A stretch of 64,000 bases of DNA from Candidatus Latescibacterota bacterium (lineage in GTDB: Bacteria > JAAXHH01): assembly GCA_022821085.1 (NCBI GenBank), contig JAJEEG010000006.1, positions 268,405-332,404 on the forward strand. The letters are read 5' to 3'. Below the pieces are notes generated by a model. That model was not told the origin of the DNA. It saw only the letters and a program-made list of their open reading frames with translations, and did not search any database. The translations under genes and the position numbers were made by a program. Shown piece after piece: positions 18,181 through 27,787 of the stretch (the stretch's first letter is position 1; the number at the start of each line of letters is the position of its first letter).

Positions 18181-19419
18181 ATGACACGCTTGCGTCTCAG
18201 ACTCGTGTGCATTGCGTTACTGCCGGTATCCCTGTTCGTGCTTTCCACCTGCGGCAAGGATAGTTCCACCGCCCCAGGCGCTCCAACACCCCCTGCCCCG
18301 GTACCCGCCAGCATCGAAATCACCCCGGCGTCCGCTACGTTGAACGCCATAGATCAAACCGTTGAGTTGGCTCCAGTAGTACTTGACGAGAATGGTGCTG
18401 AGATCGCCGATGCTTCGGTTACGTGGACGAGTGGCGCCGTGGACGTTGCGACGGTTTCCGATCAAGGCCTGGTCACGGCGGTCAACAACGGGTCCGCGGT
18501 GATCACGGCACAGTCGGACAGTCTTTCGGCATCGGCGAGTATCACCGTCTCGCAGGTGCCGGTCCGTATCGTAATCGAGTTCCCGACCACGGAATCGGGC
18601 CAGGTCATACTGACGGACATGGGCGAGTTAAAACTGGTAGCCACGGTACAGGATAGAAACGGACATCCGGTGGCCGGAGCGGAAGTGACATGGTCGAGCA
18701 GCGATGAATCCGTAGCGACCGTCAACGATCAAGGAGTGGTAAACGAGGTCTCGAGCGGGTTTACTCAGATCACAGCCCGATCGGGAGACCTGTCAGACTC
18801 GATTAATTATGGTGTCTCGTTAAGTGTTGCACTGGGCAGGTTGTATATGGCGACAAATGGTCCGGATTGGACACAAAACACGAACTGGTTGACTGATAAA
18901 CCGTTGGAAGAATGGCACGGTATTACGGTCGGCTTGTTTGGACAGCCTACGATACTGAACCTGAACAACAACAACCTGGGTGGCTCGATTCCGACGGATG
19001 CGGGACAATTGTATTCTCTTGGAGAACTGAATCTGGGATCCAATCGGATTTCGGGCGAGATTCCCGCAACGATAGGAAAGCTGGAATTTCTCGGCAAACT
19101 GAACCTGAGCGACAACCAGTTGTCAGGAGAAATACCCGCCGAGTTGGGACGACTTAAAGAACTGGAGGTTCTGGCACTCGACAGGAACGAGTTGACCGGT
19201 GAGCTTCCGGCCGAACTGGGTAACCTTGCCAACCTCCGGGAATTACACCTGCAGGAAAATGAATCATTGAACGGACCTCTGCCTGATTCGTTTACGAATC
19301 TCGAGCTTCAAACCCTGGACCTGGATGGAACAGCGCTTTGCGTGCCGGCCAACTCGGAGTTCCAGGCCTGGATCGAAGGGATTGATAACGTAACCGCCGC
19401 CACGTGCCCTGATCCGTAG
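18181..19419 (+). CDS. Big_2 + LRR surface lipoprotein (paralog family)
   Basis: Lipobox LSTCGKDS. Two Big_2 domains. LRRs with the conserved C-cap GTALCVP...FQAWI...C. Confidence 0.8.
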   Translation: MTRLRLRLVCIALLPVSLFVLSTCGKDSSTAPGAPTPPAPVPASIEITPASATLNAIDQTVELAPVVLDENGAEIADASVTWTSGAVDVATVSDQGLVTAVNNGSAVITAQSDSLSASASITVSQVPVRIVIEFPTTESGQVILTDMGELKLVATVQDRNGHPVAGAEVTWSSSDESVATVNDQGVVNEVSSGFTQITARSGDLSDSINYGVSLSVALGRLYMATNGPDWTQNTNWLTDKPLEEWHGITVGLFGQPTILNLNNNNLGGSIPTDAGQLYSLGELNLGSNRISGEIPATIGKLEFLGKLNLSDNQLSGEIPAELGRLKELEVLALDRNELTGELPAELGNLANLRELHLQENESLNGPLPDSFTNLELQTLDLDGTALCVPANSEFQAWIEGIDNVTAATCPDP

Positions 19420-19503
19420 TTGGTAAACGGCTTCGCCGGTTCTGAAAACCATTGTAAATCTTCATGAAGCGTGTTTGCTCCGGTCTGATACCCCGGTGCG
19501 CTG

Positions 19504-19543
19504 AAAAAAAACGGGTCAGGGAGACACAGTCCCTGACCCGTTT
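19504..19543 (-). terminator. rho-independent terminator-like hairpin (A-tract / stem / T-rich; strongest on minus strand)
   Basis: aaacgggtcaggg-agacacagt-ccctgacccgttt forms a perfect 13-bp stem. The minus strand reads a U8 tract after the stem. Lies downstream of the minus-strand gene 19731..19946. Confidence 0.55.
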
Positions 19544-19730
19544 GCAATATAGCGGATGATGAATACGCTGTTAAATGTCGCATCCGGTAATCACAGCTTC
19601 ATCCGAAGTGAAAAAGATCACGATCATTCTGGCACGACTACTCTTATGGGCAGGTCGTTAATGGTACGACCTGCCGGCCACAAAGCGGCGTCTCAGGTAT
19701 CGGAAGATCCTTTGAAACAGGTCGCCACGC

Positions 19731-19946
19731 TTACTCCCGCCCCTGCGTCAATGCCCTGACTTCCCCCTCCACGCGTCCAAGCCTTTTGTTCATGTCCTGC
19801 ATTTCGATGCGCAACTCACTGGTGGATTGCCCCATCCAGGTGATGACGGCGATGACGAGCATACCGATGGCAACCAGCGACTGGACAAATACGATCAGTT
19901 TCTGATACATTTTATTCCCTGCTTTCGTTTCGCGTACATGATCCAT
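19731..19946 (-). CDS. short paralog of the N-terminal-TM / RLGRVEG small protein family
   Basis: 71 aa. Same N-terminus (KAGNKMYQKLIVFVQSLVAIGMLVIAVITWMGQST) and DMNKRLGRVEGEVRAL tail. No internal repeats. Confidence 0.55.
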   Translation of the reverse strand: MDHVRETKAGNKMYQKLIVFVQSLVAIGMLVIAVITWMGQSTSELRIEMQDMNKRLGRVEGEVRALTQGRE

Positions 19947-19959
19947 TACTGTTTAAGAC

Positions 19960-20225
19960 ATTGGACTACATCCGGCTCGTCGCATCCGGTTTATCGCATC
20001 CCAATCAGTCGTTCCTAATCGTAACTGTCGGAGTCCAATCTGAAATCCTTGGACTTTTTTTCGTTTAGTTGCAGGTCCCGCCAGTCGAGGCCCCACACGG
20101 ATTACCGCACACAGAGTCCTCTTTTCGGTCGATAGCGTCACTAAATGAGATTTGCCTAATACGCTGCATCCTGTGTTTATTGGCTAAGGTCACTTTATGC
20201 AACCCAGGCACCCCCGGACCACCTG
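19960..20225. repeat. ~270-bp conserved element, copy B (between minus-strand gene 19731..19946 and the thiolase gene)
   Basis: See copy A. This copy has a single unit where copy A has the 15-bp triplication. Confidence 0.7.
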
Positions 20226-20273
20226 GGGCCACCCAGGCACGCCTGGCCACACTGAACCCGAAAGGCACCTTCC

Positions 20274-21395
20274 ATGAGCAACAAGCGCGTCGCCATCGTC
20301 GCGGGCGGACGGACGCCCTTCATCAAGTCGGGCAAGGCCTTCGCCGAAATCGATTCCCTGGCCATGGCCGTCCACACCACGCGCGGCATGCTGGACCGGA
20401 GCGGGATCGACCCGGCGCTCATCGAATCCGTCGTCTTCGGGACGATGACGCCCGATCCCCTGAAGCCCAACCTGGCCCGGGAGCTCGTCTTCGAGGCGGG
20501 GCTACCTATCCGCGCCGAGGCTCATACCGTGGCCTCCTACTGCATCACCGGACTGCGGGCGGTCACGGTCGTCGCCGACGCCATCTCCGGTGGCCGCATC
20601 GACGTGGGCCTGGCCGGCGGGGTCGATTCGCTCACCCGGGCCTCCATGGATCTCTTCCGCGAGCCGTCCACGGGCCTGACCATGGGCGAGCACATGGAGC
20701 TGACCTGCAAGGAATGGGACATCCCGCGCGAGCGGCAGGACGAGGTGGCCCTGGCCAGCCACCGCAACGCCGTGGCCGCGCGCGAGAAGCTTGCCGGGGA
20801 GATCCATCCGCTGCTGGGCGAGGAGGCCGACTCCGGACCGCGGGCCGACACGTCGCTCGAGGCCCTGGCCGCGCTGAAGCCCGTCTTTGACCCGGAGCAC
20901 GGCACGCTCACGGCGGGCAACTCGTCGCCCGTGACGGACGGCGCCGCGGCGGTGCTGCTGATGAGCGAGGAGAAAGCGGCCGAGTGCGGCCTGGAACCGC
21001 TGGCGTACATCGGGGGCATGGCCTACGCCGCCCACGACCCCTCGGAGGGGCTGCTCATGGCGCCGGCCATCTCGGTGCCCCGGCTCCTGGCCAGCCGGAA
21101 CCTGTCCATGGCGGACATGGACCTGGTCGAGATCCACGAGGCCTTCGCGGCCCAGGCCCTGGCCAGCGCGGCGGCGTGGGAGCGGGGCTGGAAAGGCGCG
21201 CCGACGGGCCCGGTGGACTGGGACCGCGTGAACGTCAACGGCAGTTCGATTGCCGTGGGCCATCCCTGGGCGGCCACGGGCACGCGCATCCTCACGACCC
21301 TGGCCCACGAGATGAAACGGCGCGACGCCCGCTACGGCCTGGTCAGCATCTGCGCCGCGGGCGCCATGGCGGGCGCGTTCCTGCTGGAGCGGTAG
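20274..21395 (+). CDS. acetyl-CoA C-acyltransferase (thiolase)
   Basis: 373 aa with the thiolase active-site context (CITGLRAV). [17 protein letters not shown] and [15 protein letters not shown]-terminus. Confidence 0.9.
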   Translation: MSNKRVAIVAGGRTPFIKSGKAFAEIDSLAMAVHTTRGMLDRSGIDPALIESVVFGTMTPDPLKPNLARELVFEAGLPIRAEAHTVASYCITGLRAVTVVADAISGGRIDVGLAGGVDSLTRASMDLFREPSTGLTMGEHMELTCKEWDIPRERQDEVALASHRNAVAAREKLAGEIHPLLGEEADSGPRADTSLEALAALKPVFDPEHGTLTAGNSSPVTDGAAAVLLMSEEKAAECGLEPLAYIGGMAYAAHDPSEGLLMAPAISVPRLLASRNLSMADMDLVEIHEAFAAQALASAAAWERGWKGAPTGPVDWDRVNVNGSSIAVGHPWAATGTRILTTLAHEMKRRDARYGLVSICAAGAMAGAFLLER

Positions 21396-21465
21396 GGGGC
21401 GGCATCGACAGTATCCACGTCAGTGGGTGGCATTCATGAAGGGTTATTTGCGCGGTAGATTAGAT

Positions 21466-21753
21466 TTACCTGAACAATCTTACCACTATGGCCACGACGC
21501 CTATCAGTGTAGGAATCCCCAGGGTGAGAATGACTGTGAGTATGTAGGCTTTGGTAGGTACATGTTTCAATGTCTCTTCCATCTTCACCACGGAATCTCT
21601 GAGCGCATCTACTTTCTCCGCAGTGTTGTTCGTAGACACTTCCAGCCGGTCGAGCCTGAAATCCCTTGGTCGATTCCCATTACCGCTTCCACTGCTCGAA
21701 CCGCTGCCTTCTCCAGCGGGTTCGCCGGTTAATTCGCGATTGGGCAAAGTCAT
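21466..21753 (-). CDS. hypothetical tail-anchored (C-terminal TM) small protein
   Basis: 95 aa. Gly/Ser-rich N-terminus, helical middle, C-terminal TM (AYILTVILTLGIPTLIGVVAIVV). SD agagagg upstream. Confidence 0.45.
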   Translation of the reverse strand: MTLPNRELTGEPAGEGSGSSSGSGNGNRPRDFRLDRLEVSTNNTAEKVDALRDSVVKMEETLKHVPTKAYILTVILTLGIPTLIGVVAIVVRLFR

Positions 21754-21765
21754 TGGAACACCTCT

Positions 21766-21990
21766 CTACTCGAGCAACGACCCGATCAGCGGGATGACGA
21801 CGCACGCCAGCACGACGCCAAGCATCCATTTCATCAGTTTAATGTCGCTCTGCATCAGTTCGATGTCATTCTGCATGGAGGACAGTTTCCGCTCGAAGTC
21901 CGCGATTTCTTCGGCGGCTTCGCTGGCGGCTGCTTCAGGAGTACCAGCGGCTACGAGTGCGTCATACGTCTTGGAAAGCATGACAGGCAT
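21766..21990 (-). CDS. hypothetical tail-anchored (C-terminal TM) small protein
   Basis: 74 aa. Acidic/Ala-rich helix and C-terminal TM (WMLGVVLACVVIPLIGSLL). SD aaggatgg upstream. Forms a tandem pair with 21466..21753. Confidence 0.45.
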   Translation of the reverse strand: MPVMLSKTYDALVAAGTPEAAASEAAEEIADFERKLSSMQNDIELMQSDIKLMKWMLGVVLACVVIPLIGSLLE

Positions 21991-22191
21991 GATCCATCCT
22001 TTTCTGTCTACGAGTCGTCGTACTATGCGCAGGTACGCTGCACGCGTCCTGCCCGGCCCTTATCTATAATCGTCGGAAGCCGGGACGAGTTTCTCGTATG
22101 GACGATGTCTTTTATTGCTTTGGGAGAGATAAAAGACTAAAGGAGTGCTGGTCAGACCAGAGGAGAGGGGGCCGCCAACTCAGAACCCGCC

Positions 22192-24750
22192 CTACTCATC
22201 CCCGCCGCTCTGTCGCTGCTGCTCGAACTTCACGTCGGGATGGGCCACCAGGTTGATCCGGAAGTAGAACCCCTTGTTGATGCCGTTCGGCACCCACCGG
22301 AAGGTAAACTCCCAGCAGTGCAGCGGACGGTAGAGGTCCACGCTGTGGGAGACGATTTCCTTGCGGCGGTAGTCGTAGTTGATGGAGTGCTGCACGCGCC
22401 ATTTGTCGGTGACGCGGTTGGTCAGCCTGAGCAGGTCCGTGATGTCGTTCAGGGCGAACCGGTTCGTGGCCCGTATCTCGTGACGGCTGGTGGTGAATCC
22501 CTCCTCGGCGTCTGGATTCGAGCGCCGGATCGAGTAGTGGTGGGAGAGCCGGACCGTCCAGGGACCCTTGACCTGGGAGAACCGCTGGTCGAACCGGTCG
22601 TCGCCGTACCCGCCGTACCCGCCGTAGTCGTTGAACCCGCCGCCCGAAAAGCTGCTGCCCCCGAAGCTGCTCCCGCCCAATCCTCCGCCGGAGTAGTCGT
22701 CATACCCGCCGTAGGCGCCGCCGAACTCGCCGTCCCCGAGTTCATTACCGAATTCGTCCCTGCGCGGCCCCACGAGGTTGAGGGACGTGCTGAGCGTCAT
22801 GCGGTCCAGCCAGGGCCGGCGTAATTCGTCGGTTTCCGGATCGTAGAAATCGTGGTTCAGCGACAGATCAACGTTCAGCCGGCGGCTCGGGATGCGCACG
22901 GTGGTCCGCAGGTCCGCGAACTTCCGGTCCTCGGCCTGGAAATCGTAGGACGTCGACGATTTGACGTACACCAGGTTGTACTTCTTCTCGCGGCCCTCGT
23001 GTTCGGTCCTGGCCTGCAGGATGTTGTTCACGGAGAAACGCATCGTCTTCCGGACGCGCGCCCCCCCGGTCCCCCCGGACTGGGAGAAGTTGATGTCGGG
23101 CGTGACCACGTGCCGAATGGCGTTGAGCCGGCCGATCTTGGGCTGGAAGAGCCCGTAGAGCGTCGTGTTGACCGACATGCCCACCGTGTGGTCTTCCTTC
23201 TGTTCCCAGTTACCCTCGGTTTCCGGGTCGGTATCCTGCTCCCAGGTTCGGCCGTACCGGGCCTGCGGGCGGATCTTCAGCCAGCCCCCGATCTTCTGCG
23301 GCGCACTCAGGGTAAAGTCGTTGTCGAAGGTCCGGATGGATGCGTGCGTGTAGTGGTAACGGGTATCCGGACCCGTATGGGTCGTGTCCCGGTCGCCCCG
23401 TATGTTATTCCTGCGGTTCCGCAGCGTGTTGTTGAAACCGAACATGATAGTGTGGAACCAGCGATCCTCGATCTGCGTGCGGGGCTGGCTGAAGTCGGGC
23501 ATACTGCCCCGCCGCGTCTGCCTGCGGGGCGGCTTGAAGATCGCCTTCGTCCCGAAGCGGAACCGAAGCGTGGTGGTGGGCCGGCTCGGCTGGCCGGTCC
23601 GGCCGCTCGTGGACGTGCTCAGGTTGAGGCTGTTCCGCCCGAACTTCTTGTCGATCGCGAAGGATGAACGCGTCGTGGACCGCAGGAGTCCGGGGTCCGT
23701 CCCCCGCGTCGTCGAATGCAGGTACTGCAGCGATTGGGCGAAGTTGCCCTGCCCGCGGATCGTCAGGTCCGGGATCACTTCCTGCCGGTGCCGGGCGGTC
23801 ACGTCCCAGCCGGTCGTCGTCCCGTCGAAGCCTCTCCGCCACGAGCCGCTCGCCGAGCCCGTGAGCCGGCGGTCCTGCCGGTACTGGAACCTTTGCCTTA
23901 GCAGGAACCCGGTCTTGGCCTCGATGTCGGCTGTGGTCTTCATGTCGAAGTACTCGTTCGGCGCCCAGTAGTAGCCCAGGTTGCGCAGGTACCGGCCTTC
24001 CTCCACGCCGCTGCCGTAGTTCGGCACCGTGAGCCCGGACTGCCGGCCTTGCTTCACCGAGAAGACGTAGACGGGGAGATAGACTATGGGTATGCCCATG
24101 ATGTAGCCCGTCACGTTCCGGACGACCGCCTTGTCTTCGGGGACGACTTTCGCCTCGCCCATTTTCAGATAGTAGTGCAGGTGGTTCGGGTTGTCGCAGG
24201 TGGTGTAGGTGCCGTCGTGGATCTCGAAGGTCCGGTCGGCGTTGAGCGTGATGAGTTCGCCGTTGAAGAACCCTTCCTGGTACTGGGTGCGGCCCTTCCA
24301 GATCTGCCCTTCCCCGGTTTTCATGTCGTACTGCATGCGGTCCCCGACCACGACGTTCATCTCGTCCTGCAAACGGGGATAGGTATTGGTCTCGGGATCG
24401 ATGTCCGGCGACGGGGGCAGGAAGTCCGCGGTCAGCAGTTCGGAGTAGGTATGGAATCGCAGTCGCCCGGCCGTCAGCTCGACGTCGCCGTACTTCACAT
24501 AGGCGCTACCGATCATCACCATCATGGTGTCGGGGAATACGTACTCGATGCGTTTCGCATTGTAGTCGATCGGTGGCAGTCCGGTCGTATCGGCCTCGGC
24601 GCCGGCCCCGATCCCCATGCCGCCGGAAGGGAACTGCGCGAAGGCCGCCCCGGGAGCACGGCCGGCCAGCAGCAGACCGGCCGCCAGCAGAAAGATCGAA
24701 AGCCGGCCGGCCGGCAATAAACAGGCCTGCAATAAACACACCGGCAGCAA
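22192..24750 (-). CDS. LptD (OstA)-like outer membrane protein
   Basis: Signal peptide. OstA-like N-terminal beta-jellyroll region (ADTMMVMIGSAYVKYGDVELTAGRLRF). Long beta-barrel-like remainder with a Gly/Tyr-rich insert. Family assignment is tentative. Confidence 0.55.
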   Translation of the reverse strand: MLPVCLLQACLLPAGRLSIFLLAAGLLLAGRAPGAAFAQFPSGGMGIGAGAEADTTGLPPIDYNAKRIEYVFPDTMMVMIGSAYVKYGDVELTAGRLRFHTYSELLTADFLPPSPDIDPETNTYPRLQDEMNVVVGDRMQYDMKTGEGQIWKGRTQYQEGFFNGELITLNADRTFEIHDGTYTTCDNPNHLHYYLKMGEAKVVPEDKAVVRNVTGYIMGIPIVYLPVYVFSVKQGRQSGLTVPNYGSGVEEGRYLRNLGYYWAPNEYFDMKTTADIEAKTGFLLRQRFQYRQDRRLTGSASGSWRRGFDGTTTGWDVTARHRQEVIPDLTIRGQGNFAQSLQYLHSTTRGTDPGLLRSTTRSSFAIDKKFGRNSLNLSTSTSGRTGQPSRPTTTLRFRFGTKAIFKPPRRQTRRGSMPDFSQPRTQIEDRWFHTIMFGFNNTLRNRRNNIRGDRDTTHTGPDTRYHYTHASIRTFDNDFTLSAPQKIGGWLKIRPQARYGRTWEQDTDPETEGNWEQKEDHTVGMSVNTTLYGLFQPKIGRLNAIRHVVTPDINFSQSGGTGGARVRKTMRFSVNNILQARTEHEGREKKYNLVYVKSSTSYDFQAEDRKFADLRTTVRIPSRRLNVDLSLNHDFYDPETDELRRPWLDRMTLSTSLNLVGPRRDEFGNELGDGEFGGAYGGYDDYSGGGLGGSSFGGSSFSGGGFNDYGGYGGYGDDRFDQRFSQVKGPWTVRLSHHYSIRRSNPDAEEGFTTSRHEIRATNRFALNDITDLLRLTNRVTDKWRVQHSINYDYRRKEIVSHSVDLYRPLHCWEFTFRWVPNGINKGFYFRINLVAHPDVKFEQQRQSGGDE

Positions 24751-24997
24751 CCCCGTAACACCCGCCCATTTACTTTTAACTTTACATTTATTATAATGAA
24801 TGTTAATAATGAGCCTCAGTGACCTTTGGCATCGTGTTGTCCTGAACGCTCGGACCGTTTAAGATCGGAGATTCAGGGCGGTTTCTTCAAGTCCCTGCGT
24901 AATCTAAGTTAAACGGGTTAGCAGGCAAAGCGTTTCGTTTCAACGCCCTGAAGGGGCTTAAAGCCCGATGGACAAAAGAATTAATGAAGAAAACCGG

Positions 24998-25026
24998 TTG
25001 ACACGCCGGATGGCCGGCACTATACT
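24998..25026 (+). promoter_or_regulatory. consensus sigma70-type promoter (TTGACA-17 bp-TATACT)
   Basis: A perfect -35 and a 5/6 -10 with a 17-bp spacer. It lies about 320 nt upstream of the OMP gene at 25349. The intervening segment is rich in hairpins. Confidence 0.4.
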
Positions 25027-25348
25027 TGCAATTAGTATGGCCGTTTCGGGCGGAATCCCCGTGGACGCGGGGGCTTCCCCGTGGGCGGCCGGACGCGATT
25101 CCGGCCTGCCATGCTGACACCATCGAATTCGCTATCCGTCTTTAGAAGCATGGCGAATGTACGGTCGCCATCCGGGACGGCCTCGCGAAGCCGGTTCTTT
25201 GAAAACTTATACGGTCAGTTGAGTTTATGGTTGCAAAGGGCACGTAAAGAATTGTGTTGCAACGAAATAAAAAGATTCATTTTTTCCTTGCATTATCGAA
25301 GTGAATCATATTATATGGGTTCAAAACCCGTACTTTTCGTGAGGAGAT

Positions 25349-25837
25349 ATGGCAAGAATCGTATTTCTTTTGATTGCCACGCTTGCATGTGGTGATGCAT
25401 ACGCCCAGTTGGACATGAACCTGGGCGTGTCCGGCAGCAGGCCCTATTCTTGTCTTACGGATCTCACCGATTCAGGGATCGGGTACGGCGTTCGGGTCGA
25501 AATGGCTGCGGATTTGAACGACCGGTTTCAGTTCATTGGCAACTTGTCGTATGATCGGCACAACAGCGACTATTCGTCCCTCCCGGTCATGGCCGGGTTG
25601 AGGATGTCCACCACATCGGATGACGACATGTTCTGTTACGTCCAGGCCACGGCGGGAAGCTCGTACCGGGTCATGGGCGACGAAGAAAGCAGGACGACTT
25701 GGATTGTGAACGGCGGTATCGGTACGGTGTGGAACAGGCTGGGCGCGGTTGTGGAGTACAACATTTCAGACGATGCAGCCGACAAGTGGAGTTGGGTATC
25801 AGTTCGTACATTCTTGAGGTTACCACTCGGTTTTTAG
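25349..25837 (+). CDS. small outer-membrane beta-barrel protein
   Basis: Signal peptide (LLIATLACGDAYAQ). Alternating amphipathic strands. Ends in an aromatic residue (LPLGF). SD gaggagat upstream. Confidence 0.6.
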   Translation: MARIVFLLIATLACGDAYAQLDMNLGVSGSRPYSCLTDLTDSGIGYGVRVEMAADLNDRFQFIGNLSYDRHNSDYSSLPVMAGLRMSTTSDDDMFCYVQATAGSSYRVMGDEESRTTWIVNGGIGTVWNRLGAVVEYNISDDAADKWSWVSVRTFLRLPLGF

Positions 25838-25943
25838 TGTCCATGCCACGAAGAGGGCATATGGGAAAGGAGAGCATATAGATTGCTTACTTATGTACAT
25901 GAGCAGAATGTAAAGTGCAGTTCTCATTCTACGGGAGATACAG

Positions 25944-27398
25944 ATGCATTACTTCATAGTAGTACTGATTGCGTTCGCTCTCAGTATGTATGGATGCGAA
26001 GGTAAGACGGGTCCGGCGGGTCCGACCGGTGCCGCAGGCGCCGCAGGTCCGGCAGGTCCGGCTGGCCCGCAGGGTTCGACTGGTCCGGCAGGTCCGGCAG
26101 GTCCGGCAGGCCCCCAGGGTCCGGCTGGTGCTGATGGTGCCGATGGTGCCGCAGGTCCGGCAGGTCCGGCAGGTCCGGCAGGTCCGGCAGGTCCGGCAGG
26201 TCCGCAAGGTGAGAAGGGCGACACCGGCGAGCAGGGTCCGGCGGGTGCAGGCGCCGATCCGGGTGCTATCCAGGACATCGTTGATGGCGTCATCGGAACT
26301 GGTGTCCTGGCGGACATTCACCACATCCTGCTGTTGAAGGATGGTGAAACAGATCCTAAAAAAGGTATGGCGATAGATGTTGCAGGCGTGGCAGTTGGCG
26401 CCGAGATCGCCAGCGTGAACGTTGGCGTACTTGTAGGGGCATCCACATCTTATGTGGCCAAGGTTGCGACCGTCAGTGGACAGCCGATTCCCGCTACGCT
26501 TACCTGGACATCCGACGACGAGGAAGTAGCCTCGGTGGATGACGGTACGATTACAGGTAATAGAAGGGGATCAGCGACGGTAACCATGGCCGTAGATGGT
26601 CGTGGCATTGAAGTTGATTTCAAGGTAACCGTCCACGACGTTGTCAAGGGTATCATCGCTATTGCTGCCAGTGATACCAGGCTTGCAGTGGGTGATGAGG
26701 TTACAGTTAACGCTACTGCCTATGATGCCGCACAGACCGATGCTGCGGGCGCCGAAGGTAACGAGGTTCCCAATATAACCTTTACCTGGATGAGCTCCAA
26801 CGAAGCCGTGGCAACCGTGGATGAAGATGGCGTGGTGACTGCCAAGGGCGCCGGAAGTGCTGATATTACGGCCCACGTAGGCGACGTTAAGAGTAACAAG
26901 GTCGGAGTCACTGTATTCGACGTTCTGACTGTCGAACGCAGGATACGTGTAACCAACCTTCCCATCTCAGGGACGTATATCGCTGTCGGAGATACGCTTA
27001 TTTCTGACAGCAGCGTAGTTGCAGATGGATCTGAATCTGGTAGCGTCGGCGCTATCAATGTGGTTGTCGAGCAGTTCGATCCGACTTCTGGTGCAAGTGG
27101 AGCTTGGGCAGCTGTTACTGGCACTGATACTATGGTGAAGTACACAAGTCTGGATACAGACGTGATTACTTTTGCCGAAACCACCTCCAATACTGATGCC
27201 ACTCCCTATATGGGTACGGCTAGTATTGCTACCGATGGCAGCGGTAACGCCAATATGCCTGCGTTTACACACGATAATAGCGCAAACGGTAAGGTGGCAG
27301 GTCGAGGCACTGCCAGAATTGAGATTTCCACCCAATATGCTGATTCGCGCTATATTGAGATCATAGTATCAATTCCCTCTACCCACAAGGCCCCCTAA
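25944..27398 (+). CDS. lipoprotein with collagen-like stalk followed by Big_2 Ig-like domains
   Basis: Lipobox YGCEG followed immediately by about 95 residues of G-X-Y repeats ([10 protein letters not shown]...), then Big_2-type domains. Contains a perfect 9-bp tandem repeat. Confidence 0.8.
   Translation: MHYFIVVLIAFALSMYGCEGKTGPAGPTGAAGAAGPAGPAGPQGSTGPAGPAGPAGPQGPAGADGADGAAGPAGPAGPAGPAGPAGPQGEKGDTGEQGPAGAGADPGAIQDIVDGVIGTGVLADIHHILLLKDGETDPKKGMAIDVAGVAVGAEIASVNVGVLVGASTSYVAKVATVSGQPIPATLTWTSDDEEVASVDDGTITGNRRGSATVTMAVDGRGIEVDFKVTVHDVVKGIIAIAASDTRLAVGDEVTVNATAYDAAQTDAAGAEGNEVPNITFTWMSSNEAVATVDEDGVVTAKGAGSADITAHVGDVKSNKVGVTVFDVLTVERRIRVTNLPISGTYIAVGDTLISDSSVVADGSESGSVGAINVVVEQFDPTSGASGAWAAVTGTDTMVKYTSLDTDVITFAETTSNTDATPYMGTASIATDGSGNANMPAFTHDNSANGKVAGRGTARIEISTQYADSRYIEIIVSIPSTHKAP
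26151..26204. repeat. perfect 9-bp tandem repeat (gcaggtccg x6) encoding (AGP)n inside the collagen-like gene
   Basis: Six identical head-to-tail units, with three more related units at 26086-26112. Confidence 0.9.
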
Positions 27399-27518
27399 CC
27401 ACAGGATGAGTGGCTATACATTGATGAAGAAAGGTTATTGCCACTCAACAGGTCTTGGAGGGTAGCAGAGCAGAAACGCACGACAAATACAGAATACACA
27501 GTTGAACCGTGTATCTTC

Positions 27519-27580
27519 CCGTCCGTCCTTAGTAGGAGCTTTAGCGACCGAACAGGGCGGACGGTTTTTTTTGTGTTTTT
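27519..27580 (+). terminator. probable rho-independent terminator after the collagen-Big_2 gene
   Basis: ccgtccg...cggacgg stem followed by ttttttttgtgttttt. Confidence 0.45.
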
Positions 27581-27787
27581 CCGCCAGATCCCTCCCTCTT
27601 GACTAAGCCCCTCATGAAAGTTACTTTCTGCGTCGCGGCGTTTCATGGTTCCGGTTGCGTTATGCCGACGTGCCGACATACCCGGTAGACCGGGAATCCT
27701 TGCGCCGTGGTTTGGTATTGCATTGAATGCACCGTTTTGTGGAACGAATTTCATAGCCGATAGCGGCAACATCCGGAGGTCTCCATC

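Noticed and set aside
22852-23667. 271-aa plus-strand ORF opposite the LptD-like gene
   Set aside because: No signal or domain features. The minus-strand ORF has a signal peptide, OstA-like N-terminal motifs and beta-barrel composition.
26086-26204. Possible CRISPR array (short perfect direct repeats)
   Set aside because: Units are 9 bp with no spacers and lie in frame inside a collagen-like coding region. No cas genes.
25929-26337. Three overlapping ORFs (both strands) made of RTC/GPA repeats
   Set aside because: Artefacts of the collagen-like GGTCCGGCA tandem repeats read in alternative frames and on the opposite strand.
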